A DNA stretch of 64,000 bases from Selaginella moellendorffii (Eukaryota > Plantae > Lycopodiophyta), in NCBI RefSeq assembly GCF_000143415.4, contig NW_003314384.1:186001-250000 (forward strand), in the 5' to 3' direction. The number at the start of each line of letters is the position of its first letter. The stretch's first letter is position 1. Shown here in pieces: positions 10,860-21,790 of this stretch. The translations under genes and the position numbers were made by a program. The notes below the pieces were generated by a model. The model made no database searches and had not been told where the DNA came from. It worked only from the letters and a program-made list of their open reading frames with translations.

Positions 10860-13800
10860 CCTTCTCTACATCAATCTCTGGAACCTAGATGATGGACTGA
10901 TCCACGATATCACCAGAGTGTAAACACACTTTAAACTTACTCACATGGAACGTTGGATGAATCTTCAAACTAACTGGCAAGTCCAAAGTGTATGCAAGAT
11001 CCCCTACACGCTATAAAATTGTCCAAGGTCCACAATACCGTGGAGACAACTTAGCACTGCCACCTCCTTTTAGAGACCGTTGTGCATCCGACAGCTTAAG
11101 GAAAACCTTGTCACCAACTTTGTACTCTTGATGACGATAATGCTCATCAGCCAATCTTTTGTCTCGTTCTTGAGCTTGCCTCATGTTCAATTTTGCCAAC
11201 TCAAGCTTGTCTTGCATATCCTCTAGGAAATCACAAACATGAGGAACCTGAACCAAAGCCAAATTCAAACTCACAAGAGACCTAGGCTCATAGCCATACA
11301 TCACCATAAAAGGAGATGTGCCAATAGCAGATTGATGAGCGCTATTGTGAGCAAACTGAAGTAAAGGCAAGTATTTCTCCCATACTCCCTGTCGAGTCAA
11401 GTTTCCCACAAAAAACCGTAGCATATCTTCTAATAGCTGATTCATGCACTCTGTCTGCCCATCAGATTGTGGATGCTCACCACTACTCATGCTCAATTTA
11501 GTCTCTAGTTTCTCAAAGACCGTTTGCCAAAACTTGGATGTGAACTTAGGATCCCGATCACTCACAATGTCACCCGGCAAACCATAGAGACTGAATAACC
11601 GGTCTACAAACAACTGAGCCAATTCAGAAGCTTTTATCATTGTCTTCACAGGGAAGAAGTGAGCCATCTTCGTAAAACGATCCACAACAACCCAAATAGC
11701 ATAATTTCCTTGAAAGGTTTTGGGCAAACTAGTGATAAAGTCCATCAAGATGCTATCCCACTTATTCTCGGGTACACGTAAAGGATGATAGAGGCTAGCA
11801 AGCTTTTGATGATCAACTTTGACCGCTTGGCAGGTCAAACAACCACGTACGTACTTCTCAACATCTGACTTCATCCCAGGCCAAAAAAAATGCCTCTTCA
11901 CCAACATATACATTCTCAATACCCCCGGATGCCTAGCACTTGGCACATCATGACACTCAACCAAAATCCATTTGATGAATTTGTCAACACGAGGAACTAC
12001 TAAACGTCCCTTCTTCACTAGGATTCCATCTCGTATTTTGAATGACGCAAACTTGTCACCCTTCAAATCCGTAAAGGCGTCCCTCAACAAAACCTTCACA
12101 CGAATATCAGTGATAAAGGAGTCAAAGTTAGCAAACTCCTTAAGCTCATCCAAGAGATCGTTGGATAGCTTCACGAAAGAGATAGAATTTACCATCCTGG
12201 ATAACGTATCAGCCACCTTATTGTCACCTCCATGCTTGTACCGGATCTTAATAAACATTTCCTATAGGAACTCTTGCCAACGAGCAAGATGGCCTCGAAG
12301 ATCCTTTTGTCGACTGAAATATTGAAGAGACTGATGGTCTGAATCCACATGGAAGTCTGATCCATATAGATAATGTTGCCATCCTTGATTAGGTCAATTC
12401 CACTGTGTGGCATCAAACTTGTGGCTTATGAATGTGAGAGAATGCCTAATGTGAAGCAATACAGCCCCAAAAGCACTATCACTCACATCATTGCCTATAA
12501 TTTCCACCACAGTCACCTTATCATTCATTGACCCCTTCAGAACAACCCTTGCTCTGATGTCCAACTTTGTGGCAACGAAAACAATTGCCCTCCACCTTGT
12601 CCTTCTCTGGCTGGTCTAAACGAAATTTTTTAGCCTCACTGCCATCTTCATTCTTTGAGCCATAACGGAACAACGATTGTTTCTTCCCTGAATATGAAGC
12701 ATTGGCAAGCTGGTCATCACGTTGACTACTCCGTAGACCATCTCATTGACCAGAGTTCACCAAGTTGACTGACGGTTCGGGCGAAAAGATCTGAGCCTTA
12801 GTGATAGCATCAGTCAATATTGCTGGAAAATCCTTCTTGACCTTCTGCTGCACATCCACCGAGCTCAATCCTTTGATGAAACATTGCACCTTTAGCAGCT
12901 CATTATAGGTGCCTATGAGATTAAGGCAAAGATCATGGAACTTGCGGGCATACGCATCCAAAGACAAAGTCCCCTGTCGAATCTCTAACAACTGATTCAT
13001 GAGATCAACCTCTTCAAACTTCTTGACAAACGAAGCACGGAAAACCTTTGTTAAATCAATCTAAGAAGTCAGCTTTGGATTAGCTTTAATGTAGTTCTTC
13101 CATCACAAAGAAGCATGGCCCGTAAGCTTCGTCACAAAAAAATTTATCTTCACCTTATCCTTACAAGGATTGTGAGACCAACAACTTTCCCACAATTCCA
13201 ACCAAGAATTAACCTCTTGACTATCACAAACATCCGGTGATGATTTCCATTCCACGATACTATAATCCTTGGCATGCTTAACGTACCAATGGTAATCATG
13301 GACATGAGATTGATTCAACCCTTGAGGGTTCATGCGAAGCAAGAAATCCTTAATGAGATTGACAGAATCCTTAACCTCCTTTATGTCACTCTGAACCTCA
13401 GAAATTTGGCATCTCTGCCGCACAACAACATCATCAAGAGTCTCTTCCACATCGTCATGGCTATCATCACTAACGATACTCCTCATCAGGATCAATGTCT
13501 TGCTCACCCGCCATCCCCAAAAGAACGTGCTACTCCGATACCAATGAAACAAACAAGAGAGCGAACCCTAAGCCAACCTCCCAACCCTTAAGGTGTTACA
13601 TCCTTAAATCCCACAGGCCATGGAATATTCTCAGAATATTCCTGTGGTTCGTGTTATAGAATGTAGAGTCCTTGGAGATATATCTCATGTTTTGATCTGA
13701 GATAGATATCTCACACTTCATCTTGCATGCTAGATAGATTTCTCACTCAATATCTCGTTCTTCTTCCATGCTAGGGGCATGCTAGATAGATATCTCACTC

Positions 13801-16800
13801 AATATCTCGTTCTTCCGCGCTAGATAGATATCTCACTCACTATCTATCAATATGCATCAAGATCTTACGTGAGTGTCTGTTTGTGCAGGCCCAGTGTGAT
13901 TTCTCCCGATCCTGCAGTGGCATAACTTATGGCGGCAGCACCCTCTGATTGCAAACTGCGTGAACCAAGCCGGTGGCACGGTGCACTCGCAGATTGATCT
14001 AAACACCTGCGTGGGCAACAACAACGGTCAGCTCGACTGCTCGAGCGGTTACTTCCAGTTGTGCACCAGTATCCAGTACTCGGGCACCACCATCAGTGCA
14101 ACGTGCACCAGTGTCTCCGGCCAGGGCATCTTCTCCACTCGTGATCTCAACAGTTGCGTCCGAAACAGCAATGGCAACCTCCAGTGTTGCCGAGAAATTC
14201 TTAAATCTCATCAAATAAATGTGATGTAGGTTTAATCTAAGTTTTGGGTCGGTGGCAATGAGCTTAGAATGATTTTTGCCAAAGAGCTTACTCCCATATT
14301 TCACATGGCATGTGTCAGGTTCGGAAACACTTTTCCACCTTCGTTGTTATTCAGCTAACAAAGTAAGGTTTTGAAAGTTTAAAAACAAAATAAAATCTTA
14401 TAATTTATATATATATTCTGATAAAAATTACAAGAAGTTCTGTTGTGGAAGAAAATCAAAACCATTGCTTTTGATTTATTTTCTTAGCTTTAAAATATTA
14501 TCTAGTGTGTTATTAGCAATTCATGTAAACTTTTCCACAATCTCTATCTTGTTTATTAGGTAGAACCTCAAATAAATACTTATTTAAAAATTTATAGACC
14601 AATTTACAGCATTTTTTATTTAAAACTAATCACATTAATGTTGAGGTGTTAGTGATAAAGTTTCACAAAAGCATGTATAATTACTATAACTCAAACTTTT
14701 ATATGGAAAATCAGCCAACAAGCCATCCTTATGTATAGCACCTTCAGCAATTGCAATAATGTGTAAGTCACCTACTAAGCAAGAAAGTGTGTGGTTCATA
14801 TCACGACTTTTGCTGCTATGGAGAGTTTGGATTTTTAATGTTTTTTTTTTACAATGTATTAAGCATAGAATAAATATTAAATATAGGATTAAAAATATAA
14901 ATATTAAATCTACTTAAACATGATTTTAAAATCAAAACCTCAAATTTGCATTTAATATAAAGCTCAAAACTATTGAGGTTATCTAGTGATATTGTCTCAT
15001 ATTAAGCTAATCAGAAAGAATGATAGAAAGATATTATGAACCTATACATATATAATAGTAATAATGAAACATAATTAATATTTAAATTTTTTGGAGCATA
15101 CTTTTGAAAAGCATTTTCAAAAAGCATAATATTATTTATTAATGATGGTATATATTATAATTGTTATAGTAGACCGTGAGATTGGATTCAATCTGGACTA
15201 GTCACTCATATATAAGGTTTTGGGCTAATGGTGGGAATGAGGGGCAATAATCTCCTTCATGGGTTTGTTTTCAGAACTACTAGAAGAAATATATGCATAG
15301 CTGTTCTTGGGTTCAAATCAGGTTTAGTGTTTGAATCTCACAACAAGCATAGATGGTAAAAAGTACCTCCAATAAATACAGAGAGATGATAAATATATAA
15401 AATCAATATTTGATAATTATTATTCTGTTGGTTCAAATTGAGTCTATAAGTGGATGAATATATACCATTTTTTTTTATAGTAATAGTGGAGATGAGATCC
15501 CCTTCATAGGTCTATCTTCACAAAGAGGGAGATAAAAATAATAGAAGTAGAGGTAGAAGTAAAATGATACAATCGTCATGAAGGGTGGCCTTGTGTTCTT
15601 TTGCTTCTCTTGACAAGAAGTTGCTAATGTCAAGTTTTGGAATTAATATTTAACAAGTGTTTTTCTATGTGGTTTAATAGAGTCTACAAAGTAGATAATT
15701 TGGTATTAGTTATTTCCTAAGCTTACAATATGTAATTTGCCCAAGAATACTTACTCAATACAAAATACCGTATTGCAAGTAAAAGTGTTTTAACAACTTT
15801 AACACATTTTTAATTATGAGTTGTCTTCTTTTTAATTTTTAATAATAGATCAATAAAAAACATAGGCTATATATGTTTTTATAAAAAAAACTGGTATTAT
15901 TATATTTTGTATTTAATATATATTAAATATTTATATTTTTTATTGACTATATATATATACCTTTGACTTAATTTTTAAAGAAACTATATACTATATGTGC
16001 GATACTATATATAAACTTCTGAAATAAATTAAATATGTCCATACTATATACAGTATTAAGTTTTTAAAAAACTAATGTTAAATTTTAATAATACATGATT
16101 CAAGATATCTCAAAAATAATAAAAATTATAGATTACAATTATGATTATAAAAAATCGAAAAAATTAAAAGTACCATATATTAATATATTGAACAGATAAA
16201 ACATATTTATTTGTATATAAAAATATAAAAAAGTAAGCAAAAAATTACAAAATTTTATAAATGTGAATTCTAGAAATATATAATTAATTTAAATGTGTTT
16301 GATGTGAGTGACAATGGCCATTATAGCAAGAACATAACAAGAGCAGACCAAGAAGCATTTAAAAAGATATTATTACTTATGCTGGTGATGGATGAAAGCC
16401 ATCAGTTCCCAAGTTATAGTCAAAGGGTAATGCAATATTAGAAATATTAGTTATAATCGACGACAGGCTTCGGTTGCTAGGTTCTTGATGGAGATGTCAC
16501 TCAACCTTCTTTCTAAGGAATCATAATGCTGGTATAAGGTCACAAGAGCTTAAGGAACAGGGCCATATAAGTGGATGCTCCAATTGCTGGTGAGGTATGT
16601 ATTACTGCTTGTAGACAAGATCAACTGACCATGCAAAGACCATTCTTTCTGGGAAAGATTCTTTTATATAAGTTTAATGACAATGAGCAATAGATTTTTG
16701 TTATTTTCATTCATTTCTACACTTTCATTCTATAGCTCATTGCTGTAAACTTATATAATTTATTTCATTCGGGATGATCTACTGATTTCATACATCTATA

Positions 16801-16991
16801 GCTCATTGCCATGACGAACTGTACACTCATACAAATAAAACAACTACTTCTCATTACTCTTGACAAAAATCATAGAACAGTTAAAGCTTAGCCAAGGACT
16901 CGGGAGATCATCACTGCATTTTATTTCATGAGGCCTAAATTGTTACTACACAACCAGCCTCTAATCACCGCATACATGAGATATGCGATTC

Positions 16992-17646
16992 TCAGCAGCA
17001 CTCGAGGTTGCCATTGCTGTTTCGGACGCAACTGTTGAGGTCGCGCGAAGAGAAGATGGGCTGGTTGGAGACGCTGGGGCACGTCGCACTGACGGTGGTG
17101 CCCGAGTACTGGACACCGGCGCACGACTGGAAGTAGCCGCTCGAGCAGTCGAGCTGGCCATTGTTGTTGCCCACGCAGGTGTTTAGATCAATCTGCGAGC
17201 GCACCGTGGCACCGGCTTGGTTCACGCAGTTTGCAATCAGGGTGCTGCCGCCATAAGTTATGCCGCTGCAGGATCGGGAGAAATCGCACTGGGCCTGCAC
17301 AACAAACAGACACTCACGTAAGAAAACATTGGATCAAACTTGAAACATCTGGATCAAGATTGAGATAACCACGTGATCGAGATATCTTTCTATCAATCCA
17401 AACGTGAGATATTGCGAAATTGAGATCTAAACGTGAGATATCTATCTCGCATGGAAAGTGAGAAGGAATATATCTAGCATGGAATAAACATTGAGATGTC
17501 TATCTAAAATGGAAGATTGTAGATCAAAACGTGAGATATCTATCTATCAGAGGTAGTTATGGCGAACAAGGATCGAGAGCACTCACTTCGATCACTCCCA
17601 GAGTCACCACCACCAAGATCAAAAGTGTGAGGAGACGAGGAGCCAT
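16992..17646 (-). CDS. Secreted cyanovirin-N homologue (CVNH) lectin, 120 aa
   Basis: Exon 1 17646-17587 (MAPRLLTLLILVVVTLGVIE), 292-nt intron, exon 2 17294-16992 (AQCDFSRSC..IDLNTCVGNNNGQL..FQSC..DLNSCVRNSNGNLECC*). Two ~50-aa repeats with the CVNH F..SC and DLN...GN.NG.L signatures; TATAAAG at 17703-17697. Confidence 0.9.
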
Positions 17647-17918
17647 TTGCGGAGAGCGTAGAGAATATGTGTAATGTGAAGAAGCGAGAGCTTCTACTTT
17701 ATACCCGGGACCTTCCAACTCGGCCACGGCTCTCGTGGGCCCAAATTGCATTGACGTAGCGATCATCCGCTACACAAAATTCGTAGTCAAGAAGGGTGGT
17801 TCCTCGACTTGAGTTCGTGTTGTAGTGTTCCTCGACTCAGAGCTCACGGACTTCCCATGGATTGATCCTTCATTTCGCTCTAATCCCAGCTTCTGGAATG
17901 TGACACGAAAGCTCTCCG

Positions 17919-18045
17919 TCAATCCAGCGAAGAAATGCAGCTCACCACGCACTGCTCCAGCTCCGCGTCCGAGATGACCAGCGGCGGCGCTAGCCTCATT
18001 GCGTCGAAGGTCCTTCCTCACGTGAGTGAGTGGCTTTTCGCACTG
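17919..18045 (-). pseudogene. argD: 3' fragment of acetylornithine aminotransferase (third copy)
   Basis: [23 protein letters not shown], matching 9030-9119, in inverted orientation. Confidence 0.85.
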
Positions 18046-18313
18046 GCACCATGTTCGATCCGCAAACAAGAAAAGGAGGCGGCGAGCCAGCCCTCCTTGG
18101 CCTCCAGCTAGTATTGTGTCTTGCCTTGTGGAAGAAGCACTTGAAGGTGGCGGCGCTCTAGCAGCTCCATGGCAACGAGGAGAGCTTGTTGGTGCTGCTT
18201 TGTGGGCTTCGTGGTACCGTCGAATCAGAAGGGCGGAGCTTGAGATAGTGTTACCAGCTCATCGGCATCGACGTCCAGCGACACGAAGCGCTCGCTTTGG
18301 TGGACGGCGGCGG

Positions 18314-18722
18314 CGCTGGGGGCCAAACTTACCTCTCCCTCTCCTCGGAATTGGGACCCCCCCCTCCGCGCTTCCTTGGGCCCCCGCTCAATGCCCCCTT
18401 TGACTCAAGGGGGGATCCCCTGGCTGGCCTGGTTCTGGCCCCTCCGGGTTTCTTGNNNNNNNNNNNNNNNNNNNNNNNNNNNNNNNNNNNNNNNNNNNNN
18501 NNNNNNNNNNNNNNNNNNNNNNNNNNNNNNNNNNNNNNNNNNNNNNNNNNNNNNNAGACCCCTCCTCTAGCGTGCTTGACAACGCTCAATGCCGCTTAAA
18601 TCAAAGTCGATCGACTGCTGGCTATTTTGATGATCCTGTTTTTAAGCGGCATTGAGCGGTGTCAAGGAAGCTAGAGCGGGGGTCTCAATCCGAGGAGAGG
18701 AGAGGTAAGTTGGCCCCCAGCC
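18314..18722. repeat. Long imperfect inverted repeat (hairpin) spanning an assembly gap
   Basis: 18556-18600 pairs with 18641-18685 (about 5 mismatches in 45 bp); 18686-18722 pairs with pre-gap 18314-18355. Confidence 0.85.
18456..18555. other. Assembly gap (100 N)
   Basis: Run of 100 N; the upstream flank looks like low-quality read sequence. Confidence 1.
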
Positions 18723-19143
18723 GTGTTCGATCCTGAGATGTCGCAGCAGCAGCTGAGATGGAGAAGCGGACGACATCATGGAGAATGGCTGTATTACTGG
18801 AGACCGAGTTAACGGGCTTGTCGATGGACTGACGGGAACTTGGTATGTTTTCTTTTTCGTTGAAAAAAAAACTGATTGACGCGATCGTTTTTCTTCCCTT
18901 TTCATGCACAGGTACACTAGATTTGATACTTTTACACCGGCCGCGGAGAATGAGCTACCTGTAACCCGTGTCATCAGTAGAATGAAGCTTCAAGAGATCT
19001 TAGCTGGAGAACAGATCTTGAGGGAACACCGTCATACAAAGTTTGATCTTTTGGCATAGCAAGATAACCTCTTTTTATTTCTTTGGGAGTGTGAAGTTTA
19101 GATATAGATCTTCTCCACTGCTCGCCCGCATTCATGGCGAGTG

Positions 19144-21759
19144 ATGCGATCAAGGATCTCGCTCTCGTCGCGCGATCCTCGCCACGATGCCTTCCATTCT
19201 TTTGTAGAGGCCCTCCAGGCCTGCTCCACCTCCAAGAACGTGGAGGAGCTAGAAAGGGTCCGGGAATCCATTCGCCGCAGCGAATTTCGCGACAACACGT
19301 TGCTGGGGAACCAGATCCTGAGGGCGTATAGCAAGTGTGGGCGATTGAAAGATGCGCGCTGTGTGTTTGATTCGCTGGCTCGCCCGGACATGCACTCTTG
19401 GAACTCGTTAGTTGCAGCATATGCCCAAAATGGGCATCTTGGTCATGCCAAGAACGTGTTCTTTCAGATGCCGCGCAGGGATCTGGTGTCGTGGAACACC
19501 ATCATACAAATCCTTTTGCAAGACAGGAAGATTTCTTACGCAGTGGAAGTTTTGGATCTGATGCCCCAGCAAAGCGTTTGCTCGTGGAACACGCTCATAT
19601 CCGGGTATGCCCAGCTCGGGCATCACCACCTGGCAAAGCATCTGTTTGATTCCATGCCGGAGCGGGACCGGCTTTCCTGGTACGCGCTCCTGGTGGCCAT
19701 TTCCAACACAGGTAACATAAATCCAGCTCAGGAAATCTTTTCAAAGTTTCCAATGCAGGAGAAGTTCTCGTGGAATGTGATGCTTGGAGCACTGGCCAAG
19801 ACGACGGATCAAACCAGCGCTGCAAAGATCATATTTGATGACATCCCCGAGAGAGACATCGTGTCGTGGAACACTCTACTCCAGGCCTTCGTCCAGATTG
19901 AGTCCACCCACAGTGCTCGCAAGATTCTCGAGCGAATGCCGAGCTGGGACGTTGTTTCGTGCACGTCGATGCTGGCAGCGTATGCCCAGAAAGGAAACGT
20001 TTCAGATGCAAAGCACTTGTTTGATTGCATCCCCGAGCCAAACGTTTACTCCTGGAACGCACTGCTCGTAGCTTACATCCAGGTCTTTAATCTCGAGGAA
20101 GCGATCAATCTCTTTCGGCAGATTCCCGAGAAGGACGTGATCTCGTGGAACACGATGATCACGGGCTATGCAAACTCCGGCTTCACGCACGAGGCAGCCA
20201 TGGCTTTTCACTCGATGGAGAGAAGAGATTCGACGTCGTGGAGCGCTCTAATCTCTGCGCTGGCACAGAATGGCGAGCTCGACGATGGAGATATCGCCTT
20301 CCATCGCATGCCGCAGTGGAATCTCGCGGCATGGAACAGCCTTCTCTCCGCGCGAGCCGAGCAGGGAAAGATGGTCGAGGCGGAGCGGATGTTCTCTCGA
20401 GCTCCAGCTGCGAATCTTCTCTCGTGGACGGCGATGGTGGCGGGATTCGGACACAATGGTCGAGTGGAAATGGCTCGAGCAGCGTTTGAGAGGATGCCCG
20501 AGTGGGATATCGTGTCATGGAATGCGGTGGTCTCGGCGTTCGTCCAGTGTGGCTGTCTCGAAGAAGCTCTCGAGACGTTTTGGAGGATGCCCGCGCGAGA
20601 TCTCGAGTCGTGGAACACGATGATCCGAATTCTCTGTGAAGCAGGAGACCTCGTCCAGGCCGAGAGGATCTTCGATGGAATGGCGCTGCGAAACGTTGTG
20701 TCCTGGACGACGCTACTCACCGGACAAGCTCAGAGAGGCCACACGAAGGAAGCGCGAGAGAGATTCGCGAGAATGCCACAGCACAGCTTTGTCACCTGGA
20801 ACTCCATGCTCGTCGCTTACTCGAGCTCCAACCAGATCGATCTCGCCGAAGAGGTGTTTTGCTCGATGCCAAAGCACGACACCGTCTCGTGGAACACCAT
20901 GATCGCGGGATACTCGAGCAGCGACCATATGGATCGAGCTCTGGCTTTGCTCAATCTCATCCCACACCAGAGTTCTCGATCGTGGAACACCGTGCTCAAT
21001 GGATACGTCACAAACGCCCATATCCGAGAGGCTGGAATACTCTTCGAGAGAATGCCGCACAAGGACGTGGTTTCGTGGACAATAATGGTGGTGGGCTTCT
21101 CTCAAAGCGGCCAAGTTGGCCATGCAAAGAGAGTGTTTGATCAAAGCGTGGAGAGGGACGTGGTATCTTGGGCAGCTATGGTGAGTGTATATGCCCAGAA
21201 TGGGTATCTTGAGGAAGCCAGAGAGATGTTTATAAACATGACCAAGTGTAAAGTTTCAATGGACTCTCCCTACCATGGAAGCGAGCACGTCGAGAAAGCC
21301 TGTAACTCTTTGCTCGCAGCATTCGCCCACAACGGCCATGCAAAGCTCGCCATCACTTTCTTTCACGAGATGAACTTGGAAGGAGCAAAGCCGGACGAAG
21401 TCTCGTTCGTGATCGTTCTCGCCGCTTGCACCCACATTGGCCTGCTCGAGAGCAGTCGGAGTTTCTTCGTCTCTCTCCACCAGGATTTTGGAGTGGAGCC
21501 TCAAAAGGAGCACTACTGCTGCATGCTGGATGCGTTTTGCCGGGCCGGGCAGCTCGAGAATGCCGAGAAACTCATCGAGAGCATGCCATTTCTTCCGGAT
21601 AAGGTAGCCTGGGGGACGCTCCTGGCAGCTTGCCAGAACCACCGTGACATGGAGCGAGCATCGAAAGCAGCGGCTGTGCTAAGCGTCATGGAGATGGATG
21701 CCTCACCGTATGTGATCCTGTCCAACGTTTACGTTCTCGGCAATAGCAAAAAGATTTAA
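19144..21759 (+). CDS. PLS-class PPR protein with E domain, no DYW
   Basis: Intronless ~871-aa ORF with many 31-aa repeats (D.VSWN.....YAQ.G....A...F..MP). Ends HYCCMLDAFCRAGQL..AE..I.SMPF.PD..AWGTLL.AC..H..YVILSNVY. Confidence 0.95.
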   Translation: MRSRISLSSRDPRHDAFHSFVEALQACSTSKNVEELERVRESIRRSEFRDNTLLGNQILRAYSKCGRLKDARCVFDSLARPDMHSWNSLVAAYAQNGHLGHAKNVFFQMPRRDLVSWNTIIQILLQDRKISYAVEVLDLMPQQSVCSWNTLISGYAQLGHHHLAKHLFDSMPERDRLSWYALLVAISNTGNINPAQEIFSKFPMQEKFSWNVMLGALAKTTDQTSAAKIIFDDIPERDIVSWNTLLQAFVQIESTHSARKILERMPSWDVVSCTSMLAAYAQKGNVSDAKHLFDCIPEPNVYSWNALLVAYIQVFNLEEAINLFRQIPEKDVISWNTMITGYANSGFTHEAAMAFHSMERRDSTSWSALISALAQNGELDDGDIAFHRMPQWNLAAWNSLLSARAEQGKMVEAERMFSRAPAANLLSWTAMVAGFGHNGRVEMARAAFERMPEWDIVSWNAVVSAFVQCGCLEEALETFWRMPARDLESWNTMIRILCEAGDLVQAERIFDGMALRNVVSWTTLLTGQAQRGHTKEARERFARMPQHSFVTWNSMLVAYSSSNQIDLAEEVFCSMPKHDTVSWNTMIAGYSSSDHMDRALALLNLIPHQSSRSWNTVLNGYVTNAHIREAGILFERMPHKDVVSWTIMVVGFSQSGQVGHAKRVFDQSVERDVVSWAAMVSVYAQNGYLEEAREMFINMTKCKVSMDSPYHGSEHVEKACNSLLAAFAHNGHAKLAITFFHEMNLEGAKPDEVSFVIVLAACTHIGLLESSRSFFVSLHQDFGVEPQKEHYCCMLDAFCRAGQLENAEKLIESMPFLPDKVAWGTLLAACQNHRDMERASKAAAVLSVMEMDASPYVILSNVYVLGNSKKI

Positions 21760-21790
21760 TAACCTTGATAGACATTGCTCCTGCTTGGAG

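Larger units (their letters stand above)
9457..13656 (-). mobile_element. Non-autonomous chromovirus-type Ty3/Gypsy element (RT deleted) in the CVNH intron
   Basis: LTRs 13545-13656 (112 bp) and 9457/9524-9622; TSD TAGAA (9452-9456, 13657-13661); Met PBS TGGTATCGGAG next to the 5' LTR; PPT GAGGGAGGGGAAAA at 9623-9636. Gag ~12740-13550; RNaseH/integrase 11011-12490; chromodomain LVQWNGYSMDEATWE near 9930-9970. Confidence 0.9.
9362..14229 (+). pseudogene. Cyanovirin-N homologue (CVNH) pseudogene
   Basis: Signal-peptide exon 9362-9421 with donor GTGAGT; intron carries a 4.2-kb TE nest. Exon 2 from 13889 has a 2-bp insertion (CCCTCTGA) giving an immediate stop, and the natural stop is lost (TGA>CGA). 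Confidence 0.85.

Noticed and set aside
13651-13656. Non-canonical TA terminus on both chromovirus LTRs
   Set aside because: The neighbouring Cassandra LTR also shows TG>TA and CA>TA decay, so deamination is a sufficient explanation; a family consensus is needed.
14300-16900. Helitron or other TE in the AT-rich spacer; small hairpin at 16681-16742
   Set aside because: No termini, TSD or coding remnant identified; the 14-bp stem is too short to call.
18297-18599. ORFs spanning the N gap
   Set aside because: Artefacts of Ns and low-quality flanking sequence.
18650-18670. miR170/171 homologue (ATTGAGCGGTGTCAA)
   Set aside because: Only a partial resemblance; the 3' end diverges, so no family is assigned.
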